A stretch of 64,000 nt of DNA from Macrostomum lignano (taxonomy: Eukaryota), in NCBI GenBank assembly GCA_002269645.1, contig NIVC01001749.1, forward strand, positions 1 to 64,000. The letters run 5' to 3'. Of this stretch, positions 35,701 through 48,922 are shown in pieces. Position 1 is the first letter of the stretch. Each line of letters opens with the position of its first letter. The notes beneath the pieces are model-generated. The model was not told the origin of the DNA, made no database searches, and was given only the letters and a program-made list of their open reading frames with translations. Made by a program: the position numbers and the translations under genes.

Positions 35701-38700
35701 GGCAATGCCCTTAATGTTTTATTTAAATGTAATAAACTGCATTCAATTTACTTTCTATATAAATCCTGACAAAGCAGTTTAACAGATGTTGTCATTTCGC
35801 CATGCTGACTTATTAGCAAGTACTGCACACTCTCCAACTGCGACTGGGCAGCCCTTGTTAGACAGACACGCTTCAGGTAGGTCAGAGTAGCCAGTATGGC
35901 ATTGCAGTGCTGCTCAAGTTTGGTCATGGCCTGAATGTTGCATTGAAAAATGGGAATAAACAATAGATTTTCTGGTTATATAGGTTTTTAAAAAGGTTAA
36001 AATAGGCTTACATATTTAGCATCATCACTCCAGGGAGCACTAGATCGTAGTAGCACAGGACTAGACATTCTCTCTTTAAATTAGTCTAAGTCCACACTGC
36101 AATAAGTGCCTTTTGGAATGACATAGAATAATTAACTCCTAATTGCTTCTTGAATTTGTCTCAAAGTTAAGCCAGAAACCTGAAATTAAAAAAACATACC
36201 ATTAGCTCAACATATTATTTATTGAATTTCTATAATATAAACATATACCAATACCTATATTAACTCTACCAAGGCCAATGGGAATATAGACCCATGGTAA
36301 GGCTGTGCCTAAATTTTATAGGCTTATATATAATATTAGTAATGCATTATTCAAAATATACATTTAATTATTCAAATAATTTGTTTACATTAAATAATAT
36401 AGGGCCTATTTATTATGGTATGATAAGTAGGTTATATGGATGCCACCAAATTTGTCAACATCTAACTTTTCAACTTACTATTCATGAATTTGGTTCACCT
36501 CTCATTGCATTGTTGATAATTTTGGTTATTTGACTATATACACTCATACACTATTAATTAGTATTATTACTATATATTAAAAATTGAAAGACAAATGATA
36601 TTTGAGAAGATACAAATGAAATAACAAAGGTGAATAGTTTTTATCTAATTTTATTTTTCACAAGTCAGCTTGTTAAAACCTAGGATTTGAAACCCAATGA
36701 ATGAACCCCATACATGCCTATGGCTACATATTATATGTAGCCATATTATATTATATTATATGTATATTATATATATTTAAAGCTAAAGTCAAGCTCATTC
36801 CAAGCCTTAAATTTATAAGAAAATAAAATTAAAATATCTAACTTTGTAATTATTTTTATGACAAACAGCTTAGTAGACAAATTGACTAGTACAGTAGGGG
36901 CCTACTGGTATGTGGAAGGGGGCCTACCTACATCCTGGCCCCTAGCATATATATAGCTAGGGGCCTTAGCATTAGGACTTTAGGAACTAAGGCCTAAAGG
37001 CCACAACTAAGGCCTAATAACAGCCTTTAGGTCTCTTTCGTGCCATTTCATGGCTAGGGCTACGGCTACTAGATAAGGGCGAAAGCCTAATAGATAATGT
37101 CTATGAGGCTCTGAAGTTTTTCGTGCATGCCGTGAATATTTGTTCTTTGTTCAATTAATTTGTTTGAAAATATAACAAAAGTGTCCTTAAACCTAGCCAA
37201 AGCCCCCCTCGAAATCAGATTTGAAAATTAGGAAATTAGGGGGCCTAAAGTTTTTTGTTCCTGTAGTTTTACTTTCAATAAAAGATAAAAACAAGAAGTA
37301 ATCGTTTGCTTGTGGGTCCGCGACGAATTCGAACCGCGGCGGTAACGATGCTAGCTTGCAGACAGGCTAGGTCTAGACCTATCCTTATAACTTATAAGTT
37401 ATAGGTCTTTCCACTGTTACTGCTCCTAGGCCTCTTACTAGTACTCTAGTCTATATGATAGGCCTATGTCTTCTAGGCCAGTCATTTTTTTACAATTTCA
37501 TTTTTTATTTCCTTTTATAGCATAGGGGGGGCCTAGGCGGCTAGGCCCTAACATTAATATTCATCATTACGGGGCCCATTATTAATTATTAATTTACAAG
37601 TACTAGTCACCAGTGCCAGTGGCAGTAGGCAGTAGCTAGGGTAGGCTCTAAATTAGTAGACCCTAGGAATTTTAGTAAGGGTCTTGTGACTTCACTTGCC
37701 AAATATGCATAGCCTACAGATGGCAAAGGGTAGGGTCCCTGTTGGAATAATTTTCCAGAACCTGCACATGCGTGACACGGGTACAAAAAACAGTCCAAAA
37801 TCTGCGACATGCGACATGGTGTTATGTTGTAGGGTGTTGCGTGGCAGTGTTGTGTGGCATGGCAAGGCCTAGGCTATGCGGCACGCCTCTGTGCACTATG
37901 CCACAAGAAAAAAACTGAAAGTGTGATGGACAGTTGGATGCAATTTGTAAGGTTATTCCAATAGAGCAAAGGGTTGAAAGGCAATGGGTAGAGTTCTAGT
38001 ATTGGAACCCATTTTCTAATGGCTATGGATCTAGCAGTGGTAGGCCTATTCCAATAGTACAATTTATGGGTATAGTATTGCTGGTGTAAGACCAAGATGG
38101 CCACACACCAAGATGGCCACAACATTGAATATCTTTGGCTCTGCTATCTTTTTATCATTAATTAGGCCCCTAGGCCTATCAACATAGTAGCTATTATTAT
38201 ATTAATTATGTTTAATCAATCACTATCTGTTTATTAAAAAACCATTGTTACTAGTAATGCTATATAAAAATTAAGATAAATATGCACTATATAGCTATAG
38301 CAAAACATTTTATTTTTAATGGGTTGTTGATACGTGATATTGAGATTTAGTTCAAGATAAGATCAAAATGAAACAATGAGATGCAAAACAAGATCAATTA
38401 AGCTAGTAAAAGTATATAGGGCCTATGCCAGCAAAAATGACATATAATAGGCTTATAATTTTAAAATTTAATGCAAAGCCAATGTAATAATAATTTTTTC
38501 TATTTCTTTATTAATTACCATGTTTTATACTAAAGATTAGGCTCCATTTAATATTTTGATAAAAAAAATTTTTTACTTGTTTAATAAGTTATGCAACTAA
38601 ATGCCTATTGCCCCTAGCATTATTGTCTCTTGTTAAGAAACAACTTATTAGTTTTAATATATTAACTAGTAATCTAGTGCCCCTTTTTAAGGTATACAAT

Positions 38701-39169
38701 AAGCAAAAAATAAAATTTATTTATATGAATCCTATTTGCCTTCAATATGCCTTGTTAACTAAAAAATTCCTATTATAAACATTTATATTATAGCAATTCC
38801 TCCAATAAGTTTTAATATCTTAGTAATTATATATAGGCCATATGTTTAATATCTAGTTGACCTAGGCAATTTGGTTAGATAATAAAAAGTCTAGCCAAGG
38901 TAAGTCATAAAAATGCCAACCCAAAAATATAGATAAAAGCCAATTAGTACCAATTAGATAACAAGACATTTAGCTGCAAAAAGTCATAGTTACTTTTGCT
39001 ATTATTTAAAATTATATTAATTTTTGCTTTAGTTTGTGTTTCTTTTATAAGATATTAGGTAAATTGCATTTTTTGATAAAAAATGCACTTTTTACAAATA
39101 CAAATGCAAAATGCAAGTAAAAGCTTCTATAGCTAGATGAACTTTCAAACTTAGATATATCTATTAGCA

Positions 39170-39450
39170 ATTTAACTTGAGCCTTGACATCTGTAAATTC
39201 CCTTTTGAAAGCCTTATATCTTAGCAATTCCCCTAGTAAGCCTTAATATCTTAGCAATTTTATAATGAGCCTTGATATCTTAATAGTCTTTTTCCCAATC
39301 TGAATCTTTATAAGCAATGCCTCCTATAAGCCTTGAAATCTTAAAAAGTCCCTATTAGCTTTGAAATCTCATCAATCCCTATTAACCTTAGCCCTTAAGC
39401 CTTGAAATCTTAGCAATTCTCTTTTTAAGCCTTGACATTTTAGCAATTCC
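39170..39450. repeat. Degenerate ~30-bp repeat GCCTTGAAATCTTAGCAATTC
   Basis: The motif recurs about 8 times with divergence. Confidence 0.65.
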
Positions 39451-40012
39451 CCCCCAAAACTATATAACACTTATTTTGTAACATTTTTGACATGGTTATT
39501 TTTTTAGAAGACATTTCTTTCATGTCTGACATGACACTTCTTGGTCTATATGGCTTTTATTTTATTTCTTGCATTGTGCTTCTTTAATGTTTTATATATA
39601 TTTTATAGGTCTAGATAGGCAAATGTTAATATTAAATTGCAATAAAAAGTTACTATATAATAAAAAGTATGTTTTTTTTAATTCTTTAATATACTTTTTT
39701 GTTCTAAAATAGTTACTTTTGATTTAACTTTATTATTAGATTGTGTTACCTTTAATAAAATAATTTTGCTTTATTTTATATTTTTCCAAAAATTTGAAAG
39801 TAAAACAACAAAATTTCTAACTACAATATTTTTATAGTTATTGCTGTAAGAGCAGTTGTTTTATATGGCCATATCTATAGCTATTGCAGGTTCCTATTTT
39901 ACTGCAGTCAATTATTGTAGGCATAAATTATACCAATTACCAAGCATTTTCATAAATCAATATTTTTTGCAGACATCTCAGAGCCTATTGATTCATCAAT
40001 CAACCAATTAGA

Positions 40013-43000
40013 ATGCAAGAATTGGAGGACTCATTCTGCTTAGCTCAGACACTGGGACCACCAACCGTTCAGCTGCAGTCTGCAGACTCAAGCAATCAAG
40101 CTACTGAGCAGCTTGCACCGCAGATTCCGCTCACACTGTGCCAGCGCTTGAAGCTCAGTCTAGATAGTGGCGAATTCTCCGATGTAGCCTTTCTAATTGG
40201 CGATGCTAAAATCCGATTCAATGCTCACCGTGTTGTACTAGCATCTGTCAGTCCAGTGTTCCGAGCTATGTTCAATAGCCCATTGAGTCGGCAGCTGCAG
40301 AGTCTAGATTCTAATCACAATAGCAAACTTATGACTGAAGCTATCCACGAGCTATCTGATATTGAGTCCAGCGCCTTTGAGAATCTATTAATATTTGCTT
40401 ATACAGACTGTACAGAAGGTGTTACCGATAGCAACGTATTTCAAACGCTGTACGCCGCTAAGAAATATCTTGTTGATGGTCTTGCTAACGCTTGCTGCGA
40501 GTACTTGCGTCAGCATTTAACTGTGGATAATGCGCTTACAGTGCTGGAGCATTGTATGTTTCTACAGGTGCGAAAAAGTGCAGTGAAAAATTACGCCAGG
40601 TCCTGAAACAGCGGAGCACCATCTTTAAATCCTAAAACCTGGCAGCACCAAATTTTAATCCCAAAATAAAACAAGGAGGCACCACCTTTCAGATCCTGAG
40701 ACAGGGATGCACCACCTTTCAGATCCTGAGACAGGGATGCACCACCTTTCAGATCCTGAGACAGGGATGCACCACCTTTCAGATCCTGAGACAGGGATGC
40801 ACCACCTTTCAGATCCTGAGACAGGGATGCACCACCTTTCAGATCCTGAGACAGGGATGCACCACCTTTCAGATCCTGAGACAGGGATGCACCACCTTTC
40901 AGATCCTGAGACAGAGAAGCAGCACCTTCAGATCCTGAAGTATGGAATTTCCATTTATTATGTCAAAATAGTGAGTGAAAATCACTTCAGATTCTAAAAT
41001 TAGGAATAACCACTCTGGATTATAAACAGAGTATTCTATTTAAATCCTAAATAGGAACGAATTGGTTCACTTTGCATTTATCAATCAATAAATATTTCAC
41101 TGTCCAGGTGCCTTCAGTTGTGCAACCATGTCTCCGTTTAATTTGTCACCAATGGGAACGAATCAGTTCGGATCTGCTCGGTTGCCATGGAAACACGTAT
41201 TCTCAAGATTTGATTGCCTGCGTTCTGTCCCAGGATGGTCTGCCATGCGACGAGGTGGAAATATTTGATTGGATTTTATGCTGGGCAAAGTCTCGTAAAA
41301 GTGCTAATGCTGATGCTGATGAAGAGGATAAACCGTCTGGTTCAATGTCATCATTGGGGACTGTCGGGGATTTAATCGATTATACACCGTTGCTACGATG
41401 CGTTAGATTTTCAAGAATGTCGCGACGCCAGATTGGCAGTCTAGTGGCGCCTACCGGGCTATTGACTGATGGACAATTGGTCAGAATTCTGACAGGACAG
41501 GACAGGGATAATCTAGGTGAGAGTGTGGCCTTGAATATTTATCTTGATCTCTAGCGGCACTCTGGGTGCCAGTGCATTGATCTCTAGTGGCACTTTTTGG
41601 GCCAGTGTATTGATCTCTAGTGGCACTTTTGTGCCAGTGCATTGATCTCTAGTGGCACTTTTGTGCCAGTGTATTGATCTCTAGTGGCACTTTTGTGCCA
41701 GTGTATTGATCTCTAGTAGCACTTTTGGGCCAGTGTATTGATCTCTAGTGGCACTTTTGGGCCAGTGTATTGATCTCTAGTGGCACTTTTGCTGTCAGTG
41801 CATTGATGTCTAATGGCAATTGATTGCCAGTCTCTTGTTCTCAAATGGCACTTTTAATGCTAGTGTATTGATCTCTAATGGCATATTTGATGTATAGTGG
41901 CAGCTCAATTTACTATCTCTCACACCTTCAGACCGAGACACCGTCGTTGAATTCAACGCTCAGCCGCGGTGCCCAAGCCTTCCTGGCGAACCCGAACAGC
42001 TGGTTCTGTGCGATCTGGCCGCGGCCGCCGCCGCTGTACGCGCTGCCGCTGCACCCTCCCAGGTGTCGGCCAGGTTGCCCATGGCCCTGCCGCCGTCAGT
42101 GACAGACGAATCGTCTTCGGCGTCCACGTTTGTGTCAGCATCCGGTCTGCTGAGCTTAGGTAATTGGCCCATTGTAGCTCAGGGTGAGACTGTGTGGTAG
42201 TGAGGGGGTAAAAGGAGAGAGTGAAAGAGTGGTTGAAAATGGAGTGAAACTCCGAAAATTTGAGACTGAGAGAGTGACACTGAGAGTGAGATTGAGTGAG
42301 TGACACTGCGAGAGTGAGAGAGTGACACTGTGAGAGTGAGATTGAGAGAGTGACACTGCGAGAGTGAGAGAGTGACACTGCGAGAGTGAGAGAGTGACAC
42401 TGTGAGAGTAAGAGAGTGACACTGTGATGGTGAGATTGAGAGAGTGACACTGCGAGAGTGAGAGTGACACCGTAAGAGTAAGAGAGTGACACTGTGAGGG
42501 TGAGAAAGTGACAATGTGAGAGTGAGAGAGTGACACTGCGAGAGTGAGAGAGTGACACTGTGAGAGTAAGAGTGACAATGAGAGTGAGAGAGTGACACTA
42601 TGAGAGTGAGAGAGTGACACTGAGAGTGAGAGAGTGACACTGCGAGAGTGAGAGAGTGACACTGTGAGAGTGAGATTGAGAGAGTGACACTGCGAGAGTA
42701 AGAGTGACAATGAGAGTGAGAGAGTGATACTGTGAGAGTAAGAGAGTGACACTGTGATGGTGAGATTAAGAGAGTAACACTGCGAGAGTGAGAGTGACAC
42801 CGTAAGAGTAAGAGAATGACACTGTGAGGGTGAGAAAGTGACACTGTGAGGGTGAGAAAGTGACACTGTGAGGGTGAGATAGTGACACTGTGAGAGTGAG
42901 AGAGTGACACTGCGAGAGTGTGAGAGTGACACTGTGAGAGTGAGAGAGTGACACTGCGGGAGTGAGAGACTGAAACTGTGAGAGTGAGAGTTTGAAACTG

Positions 43001-43766
43001 TAAGTGACAGTGTAGAGTGTGAAATTGTGAGACCTTGAGAGTGAAAGACTGAAAGTGAAAGATTCAGTGAATGAGGTATACCGAGAGTGAGACTGTGAAG
43101 GGATGAGAGGGTATGAAGGGTGAGTGGTAGTAAAGCTAATGTAACAGTGGGAGACAGAAAGCCAGAACATTTTCCATCACACCAATGTTGATCTGTTGCT
43201 TAAATCCCCCCTGCCCTATCGCAGCTGATCAGCAGTTCGCCATATTCGGCAGCATCGAGATGCGAACTAATCGCCGATTGTTATTAACCGGCTTTAATCT
43301 GTTCCGACAGCCGCCCAAATCCGAGTCGTCGAGTAGCCGATTGAGACAAGTTCAAGCACAGCAGCAGAATCCTAGCGGGTCAGAAATGTCCATAATGGCT
43401 GAAGTGACCTCAGTGGAAGATGTTGAGCACTGCCTGTTTAATAGCAGATTCGAACCCAATGAAGCTTCGCTAGAATGCAGTCAGACGGTTAGACAGGCTG
43501 TCAGCCTCACTGAGGTGACCTTTCCCAGGGCTCTGGTGCTGCTGCCAAATCAATGGTATCGATTGAGCATCCACGTCTGCGGTTCTGGGCAGCTGCCGCC
43601 GCCGCAGCTCTTGGGACCGTCGCAGTGTTGGCGCTCGCCCTGGGAGCTGGACGGCCGGCCCGTTGTTAGCGGCAACTGCGGCTGTGCTAAACTGGAATTG
43701 CGGCCACCGATGTTGGCTAGTGCTGCTGCCGGCTTCTTTCAGGCACTCTGCGTCTGCTGGGTTTGA
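40013..43766 (+). CDS. BTB-BACK-PHR domain protein (BTBD1/2/3/6-like)
   Basis: Exons 40013-40567, 41108-41516, 41932-42159, 43225-43766 join in phase (0,1,1). BTB: FSDVAFLIG...FNAHRVVLASVSPVFRAMF, FENLLIFAYTD, TLYAAKKYLV. BACK: DEVEIFDWILCW, LLRCVRFSRM. PHR-like: RLLLTGFNLF...VTFPRALVLLPNQWYRL. An in-frame TGA at 39989 supports the 40013 start. Confidence 0.85.
40680..40935. repeat. 30-bp minisatellite, ~8 copies (BTB intron 1)
   Basis: ACCACCTTTCAGATCCTGAGACAGGGATGC. Confidence 0.94.
41545..41900. repeat. 32-bp minisatellite (BTB intron 2)
   Basis: GCCAGTGTATTGATCTCTAGTGGCACTTTTGT. Confidence 0.9.
42250..43100. repeat. Degenerate GAGAGTGACACTGTGA-type repeat (BTB intron 3)
   Basis: Direct inspection. 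Confidence 0.88.
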
Positions 43767-43849
43767 GGGGTTTGCATGACATTTAGACTGTTTTGCAGTG
43801 CTAGGAGTTTTTAAACAGTTTTTGTTCTTGTATTAACCCTTTATAATTA

Positions 43850-44315
43850 GCCTCCCAGATCCTCAGTTGCTAAGCCAGCCTCCTAGATCCTCAGTTGCTA
43901 AGCCAGCCTCCCAGATCCTCAGTTGATGGGCCGGCCTCCCAGATCCTCAGTTGCTAGGCCGGCCTCCTAAATCCTCAGTTGCTAGGCCAGCCTCTCAGAT
44001 CCTCAGTTTCTGGGCCAGCCTCCCAGAGTGTCAGTCGCTGGGCCAGCCTCCCAGATCCCCAGTTGCTGGGCCAGGCCTCCCAGATCCTCAGTTGCTGGGC
44101 CAGGCCTCCCAGATCCTCAGTTGCTGGGCCAGCCTCCCAGATCCCCAGTCGCTGGGCCAGCCTCCCAGATCCCCAGTTGCTGGGCCAGCCTCCCAGATCC
44201 CCAGTCGCTGGGCCAGCCCCTCAGATCCGTAGTTGCTGGGCCAGCCCCTCAGATCCCCAGTTGCTGGGCCAGCCCCTCAGATCCCCAGTCGCTGGGCCAG
44301 CCTCCCAAATCCCCT
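43850..44315 (-). repeat. 28-bp minisatellite family, locus 2 (inverted)
   Basis: Reverse complement of the 34860 unit. Confidence 0.93.
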
Positions 44316-44859
44316 TTTCGCTGGACCGCTGCCTCAGATGAAGAATCGCACAATGACAAAGCACTGATTATTCTGACCACACACGCAACACAAGTTCAAG
44401 CGTCAACCTAGCAACTCTTAGCATGCACCCAAGGCACCTTTGCTCATTAGCGGTTCAGCTCGGCAACTCATTAGGTTCTTTTCTGTTTCGGGTTGGATAC
44501 CTGTTTGCCATTGGCTTTTACCAAGAATTGTGCATTGCTAGAAATCATTATACAGACTGTTGAGAGATTCGCCCGCCTTTTTTATATAGTATAGGGAAAC
44601 TGAAACTAAACGGGAGCTGTCAGTTTTTTACTGTTTATTTTTTGTTTCACTTTTTGTCGGCATTTGTTTAATTGAGAAAGACAGCTGTGTATAACAGTTT
44701 TTACGAGTATGTATTAGTCATTCGCTGTTTGCTATTTTTTCAATAAAAATTATTCAGACGTAAGCATAGCATCCAATTTTGCCGCCATTTTATAAAACTT
44801 TGTGCACTATGGTTCAAGTCTTGTTTCTATTGTTTTTTTTTCATAAAGTTTTTTGTTTA

Positions 44860-45680
44860 GAATCTGCCTCTCCGCTCCCTCCTTTCAGTCCTTGAGAATC
44901 TGCCTCTCCACCCCCAGTCCTTGAGAATCTGCCTCTCCACCCCCAGTCCTTGAGAATCTGCCTCTCCACCCCCAGTCCTTGAGAATCTGCCTCTCCACCC
45001 CCAGTCCTTGAGAATCTGCCTCTCCGCTCCCTCAGTCCTTGAGAATCTGCCTCTCCGCTCCCTCAGTCCTTGAGAATCTGCCTCTCCACCCCCAGTCCTT
45101 GAGAATCTGCCTCTCCACCCCCAGTCCTTGAGAATCTGCCTCTCCACCCCCAGTCCTTGAGAATCTGCCTCTCCGCTCCCTCAGTCCTTGAGAATCTGCC
45201 TCTCCGCTCCCTCAGTCCTTGAGAATCTGCCTCTCCACCCCCCTCAGTCCTTAAGAATCTGCCTCTCCGCCCCCTCAGTCCTTGAGAATCTGCCTCTCCG
45301 CTCCCTCAGTCCTTGAGAATCTGCCTCTCCGCTCCCTCAGTCCTTGAGAATCTGCCTCTCCACCCCCCTCAGTCCTTAAGAATCTGCCTCTCCGCCCCCT
45401 CAGTCCTTGAGAATCTGCCTCTCCGCTCCCTCAGTCCTTGAGAATCTGCCTCTCCGCTCCCTCAGTCCTTGAGAATCTGCCTCTCCACCCCCCTCAGTCC
45501 TTAAGAATCTGCCTCTCCACCCCCCTCAGTCCTTAAGAATATGCCTCTCCGCCCCCTCAGTCCTTAAGAATCTGCCTCTTCGCCCCCTCAGTCCTTAAAA
45601 ATCTGCCTCTCCGCCCCCTCAGTCCTTAAGAATCTGCCTCTCCACCCCCTCAGTCCTTAAGAATCTGCCTCTCCGCCCCT
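44860..45680. repeat. 29-bp minisatellite CAGTCCTTGAGAATCTGCCTCTCCACCCC
   Basis: Period 29 (44886 to 44915); probably inside a 5'-UTR intron of CDK11 (candidate GTAAGC donor ~44760). Confidence 0.93.
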
Positions 45681-45851
45681 ATCTAAATGATGGTTCCATT
45701 TCTAAACTATGCTGCAATAGACGATATTAGTAGTATATATACAAGCTCTACAATCGCACCTCTACGCGTCTTCCTGTCTCGCCGAAACTACAACGACAGC
45801 AGCAGCGGCGGCAGCGGCAGCAACGAAGAGGACAGCAATAATAAAGGCGGA

Positions 45852-48800
45852 ATGCGGCCGCCACCGCCTCAGCCGCAGCAGCGGCTTCGTCCAACCTCGG
45901 CAATCACGGTGGTTCAAGCACCGTCGGCATCTTCAGCGGCTGCCTCCAGCTCGCGCGGCCAGCAGCAGCAGCCGCCGCCACGCTCGCCTTCGTCTGCGTC
46001 GTCCTACTCTGAGGGTGAGGAGCGCCAGCCGGAGCCGATTCTTGTGCGCAGCGACGACAACTCCGAGTCTCCCCGATCCAGCCGGTCATCATCTGCATCG
46101 TCCGGTTCGGCCGCGTCCTCTGAGCAGCAGCAGCAGTCCTCTTCTCGACGCCAGAAGCACCGGCGCGACTCAAAGCGACGTCACGAGCGATCGCGCCGGC
46201 GTCAGGAGCAGCGCGGCGGCGGCGAAGCGCAACGTCGGAGCGACATCGGCAGTCGCGATCGTCAGGGGCATCGGTCGCGCGACCGGCGTCGGGACCATCG
46301 AGATCGCGATCGGGACTCCAGAACGTCCAGAGACAGTCGGAAGCGTCGGCATGGAAGGTCCCCAGCTCGATCCCCGTCGCCATCGGCAAAGCAGTCTCGT
46401 CCTTCGGCGTCGTCCGCCGAGCGTCAAGAGGAGGCGATGCGCCGACGATTAGAATTGAAAATCCGCGAGAAAGAGCGCTTAGAAAAGCAGCAGAGAAAGC
46501 AACAACAACAACAGCAGAAGCAGAAATTCGATGAACAGGCCAACGAGGACGACGATGTTGATGTCGGCAATTCGCCAATGGTGTCGATTGAGGAGCCGCC
46601 TCGGTCGGCAGGCAATGCAAATCATCCCACAGCCATCGCCAGCTCCCCATCGAACTCTTCAGTAGCTTCATCCAAATCCTCCGCTGGAGCGGGCTCATCC
46701 TCGCCAAGAGAGTCGCCTACTAAGCAGAAGCAGCCAGAACAACAGCAGGAGCAGAAAGAGGCGGAGCCGCCGAAGCCGCCCCGTCGAGTTTACCTGCCGG
46801 CTATCCAGGGCTGCCGCAATGTGGAAGAGTACCACTGCCTCAACCGCATCGAGGAAGGCACCTACGGCGTTGTTTACCGAGCCTGCGACAAAAAGACCAA
46901 AGAAATTGTTGCTTTGAAACGATTAAAAATGGAGAACGAACGCGAAGGCTTTCCCATTACATCGTTGCGCGAGATTAACACCCTGTTGAAAGCTCAACAT
47001 GAAAATATTGTTACTGTCAGGGAGATTGTGGTTGGCAGCAATATGGATAAGATCTACATTGTCATGGACTATGTTGCCCACGATCTCAAATCGCTGATGG
47101 AAATTATGACTAAACCGTTCAAGGTAAATGATAGACTCATCTGCCCCCTTATACAGACTGATCCGCCCTCTTACACTGACTCATCCGCCCTTTTTTACAG
47201 ACTCATCCGCTCCCTTATACTGACTCATCCGCCCCCTTATACAGACTCATCCGCCCCCTTATACTGACTCATCCGCCCCCTTATACTGACTCATCCGCCC
47301 CCTTATACAGACTCATCCGCCGCCTTATACAGACTCATCCGCCCCCTTATACTGACTCATCCGCCCCCTTATACTGACTCATCCGCCCCCTTATACTGAC
47401 TCATCCGCCCCCTTATACTGACTCATCCGCCCCCTTATACAGACTCATCCGCCCCCTTATACAGACTCATCCGCCCCCTTATACAGACTCATCCGCCCCC
47501 TTATACAGACTCATCCGCCCCCTTATACAGACTCATCCGTCCCCTTATACTGACTCATCCGTCCCTTATACAGACTCATCCGTCCCCTTATACTGACTCA
47601 TCCGTCCCTTATACAGACTCATCCACTACCCTTATACTGACTCATCCGCCCCCTTATACTGACTCATCCGCCCTCTAACACAGACTCATCCGTCCTCTAA
47701 CACAGACTCATCCGCCCTCTAACACAGACTCATCCGTCCTCTAACACAGACTCATCCGCCCTCTAACACAGACTCATCCGTCCTCTAACACAGACTCATC
47801 CGCCCTCTAACACAGACTCATCCGTCCTCTAACACAGACTCATCCGCTCCTTACAGACTCATCCGCCCCCTTACACAGACACAGCCGCCCCTCACCGTAG
47901 TCTTATCCACCCCTAGTTACAAAGGCATTCTCTCTGTCCCAATGGTGATAGTATACACCGCCTGCGCCCCGCAGATCGAGGAGGTGAAATGCCTGATGCT
48001 GCAGCTCCTTCGCGCCGTGGCTCACCTGCACGATAATTGGATTCTGCATCGTGATTTGAAAACCTCCAATCTGCTGCTCAGCCATCAGGGCATATTGAAA
48101 GTCGGCGATTTCGGCCTTGCTCGCGAGTACGGCAGCCCATTGAAAAAGTACACCACCGTTGTGGTGACCCTGTGGTATCGCTCAGTTGAGCTGCTGCTGG
48201 GCACTAAGCTCTACAGCACACCCATCGACTGCTGGAGCGTTGGCTGCATATTTGGCGAACTGCTGCTCAAAGAGCCGCTATTCCGGGGCAAAGGCGAGAT
48301 CGAACAGCTCAAACTGATATTCCGCGAGCTCGGCCGGCCGACGGAGAAGATCTGGCCGGATCTGCTGCAGCTGGCAGCGGCTAAACGGTTACTGGTTGAA
48401 CAACCGCTATTTGACGGAGATGAATACCGGTTTAACCGGTTGAAAAACCGGTTCCCGGCTGACAGGATGTCCGACGCCGCTTTCGGCCTTATCAACGGCC
48501 TGCTGACATTCGATCCGAGCAGGCGGCTCACGGCTGAACAGGCGCTGAAGCACGAGTACTTTAGCGAGCGCCCGGCCGCGATTGACCCGTCCCTGTTCCC
48601 CACCTGGCCGGCCAGGTCCGAGGGTCATCGGGCCGGAGCGTCGCACGGGCATCAGCAAAGTCAGCAGCAGCAGAACCGGCACAGTCCCAAGCCGCCGTCC
48701 GGTGGCAAGGCCTATTCTCGGCTAATCCGCGGCGGAGATGGCGACATTTTTAATAGCGGTGTAGCCGCCGATACGGCTAATCCGCCTGCGGCTCCTTCGG

Positions 48801-48922
48801 CTGCTGTTGCCGCTGCGGCTGCCGCAGCTGCCGCGGTTAGCGCTAAACTGCCTCCGCCGCCGGCGCAGTCTCAGCCACAGCCGCAGTTGCCGCCGGGTTT
48901 TAATTTGCGAGGCGGATTTTAA
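45852..48922 (+). CDS. CDK11: Cyclin-dependent kinase 11 (PITSLRE) with RS/RD-rich N-terminus
   Basis: Exons 45852-47123 (frame open from 45687, start uncertain) and 47975-48922, phase 0. YLPAIQGCRNVEEYHCLNRIEEGTYGVVYRA, GFPITSLREINTLLKAQH, HRDLKTSNLLL, DFGLAREYGSP, WPTWPARSE-like tail (FPTWPARSE). Confidence 0.93.
47130..47885. repeat. 22-bp minisatellite ACTGACTCATCCGCCCCCTTAT (CDK11 intron)
   Basis: Starts within about 10 nt of the 47124 donor. Confidence 0.94.

Noticed and set aside
40707-43170. MHHLSDPETG and Ser/His/Leu-rich ORFs
   Set aside because: Translations of BTB-intron tandem repeats.
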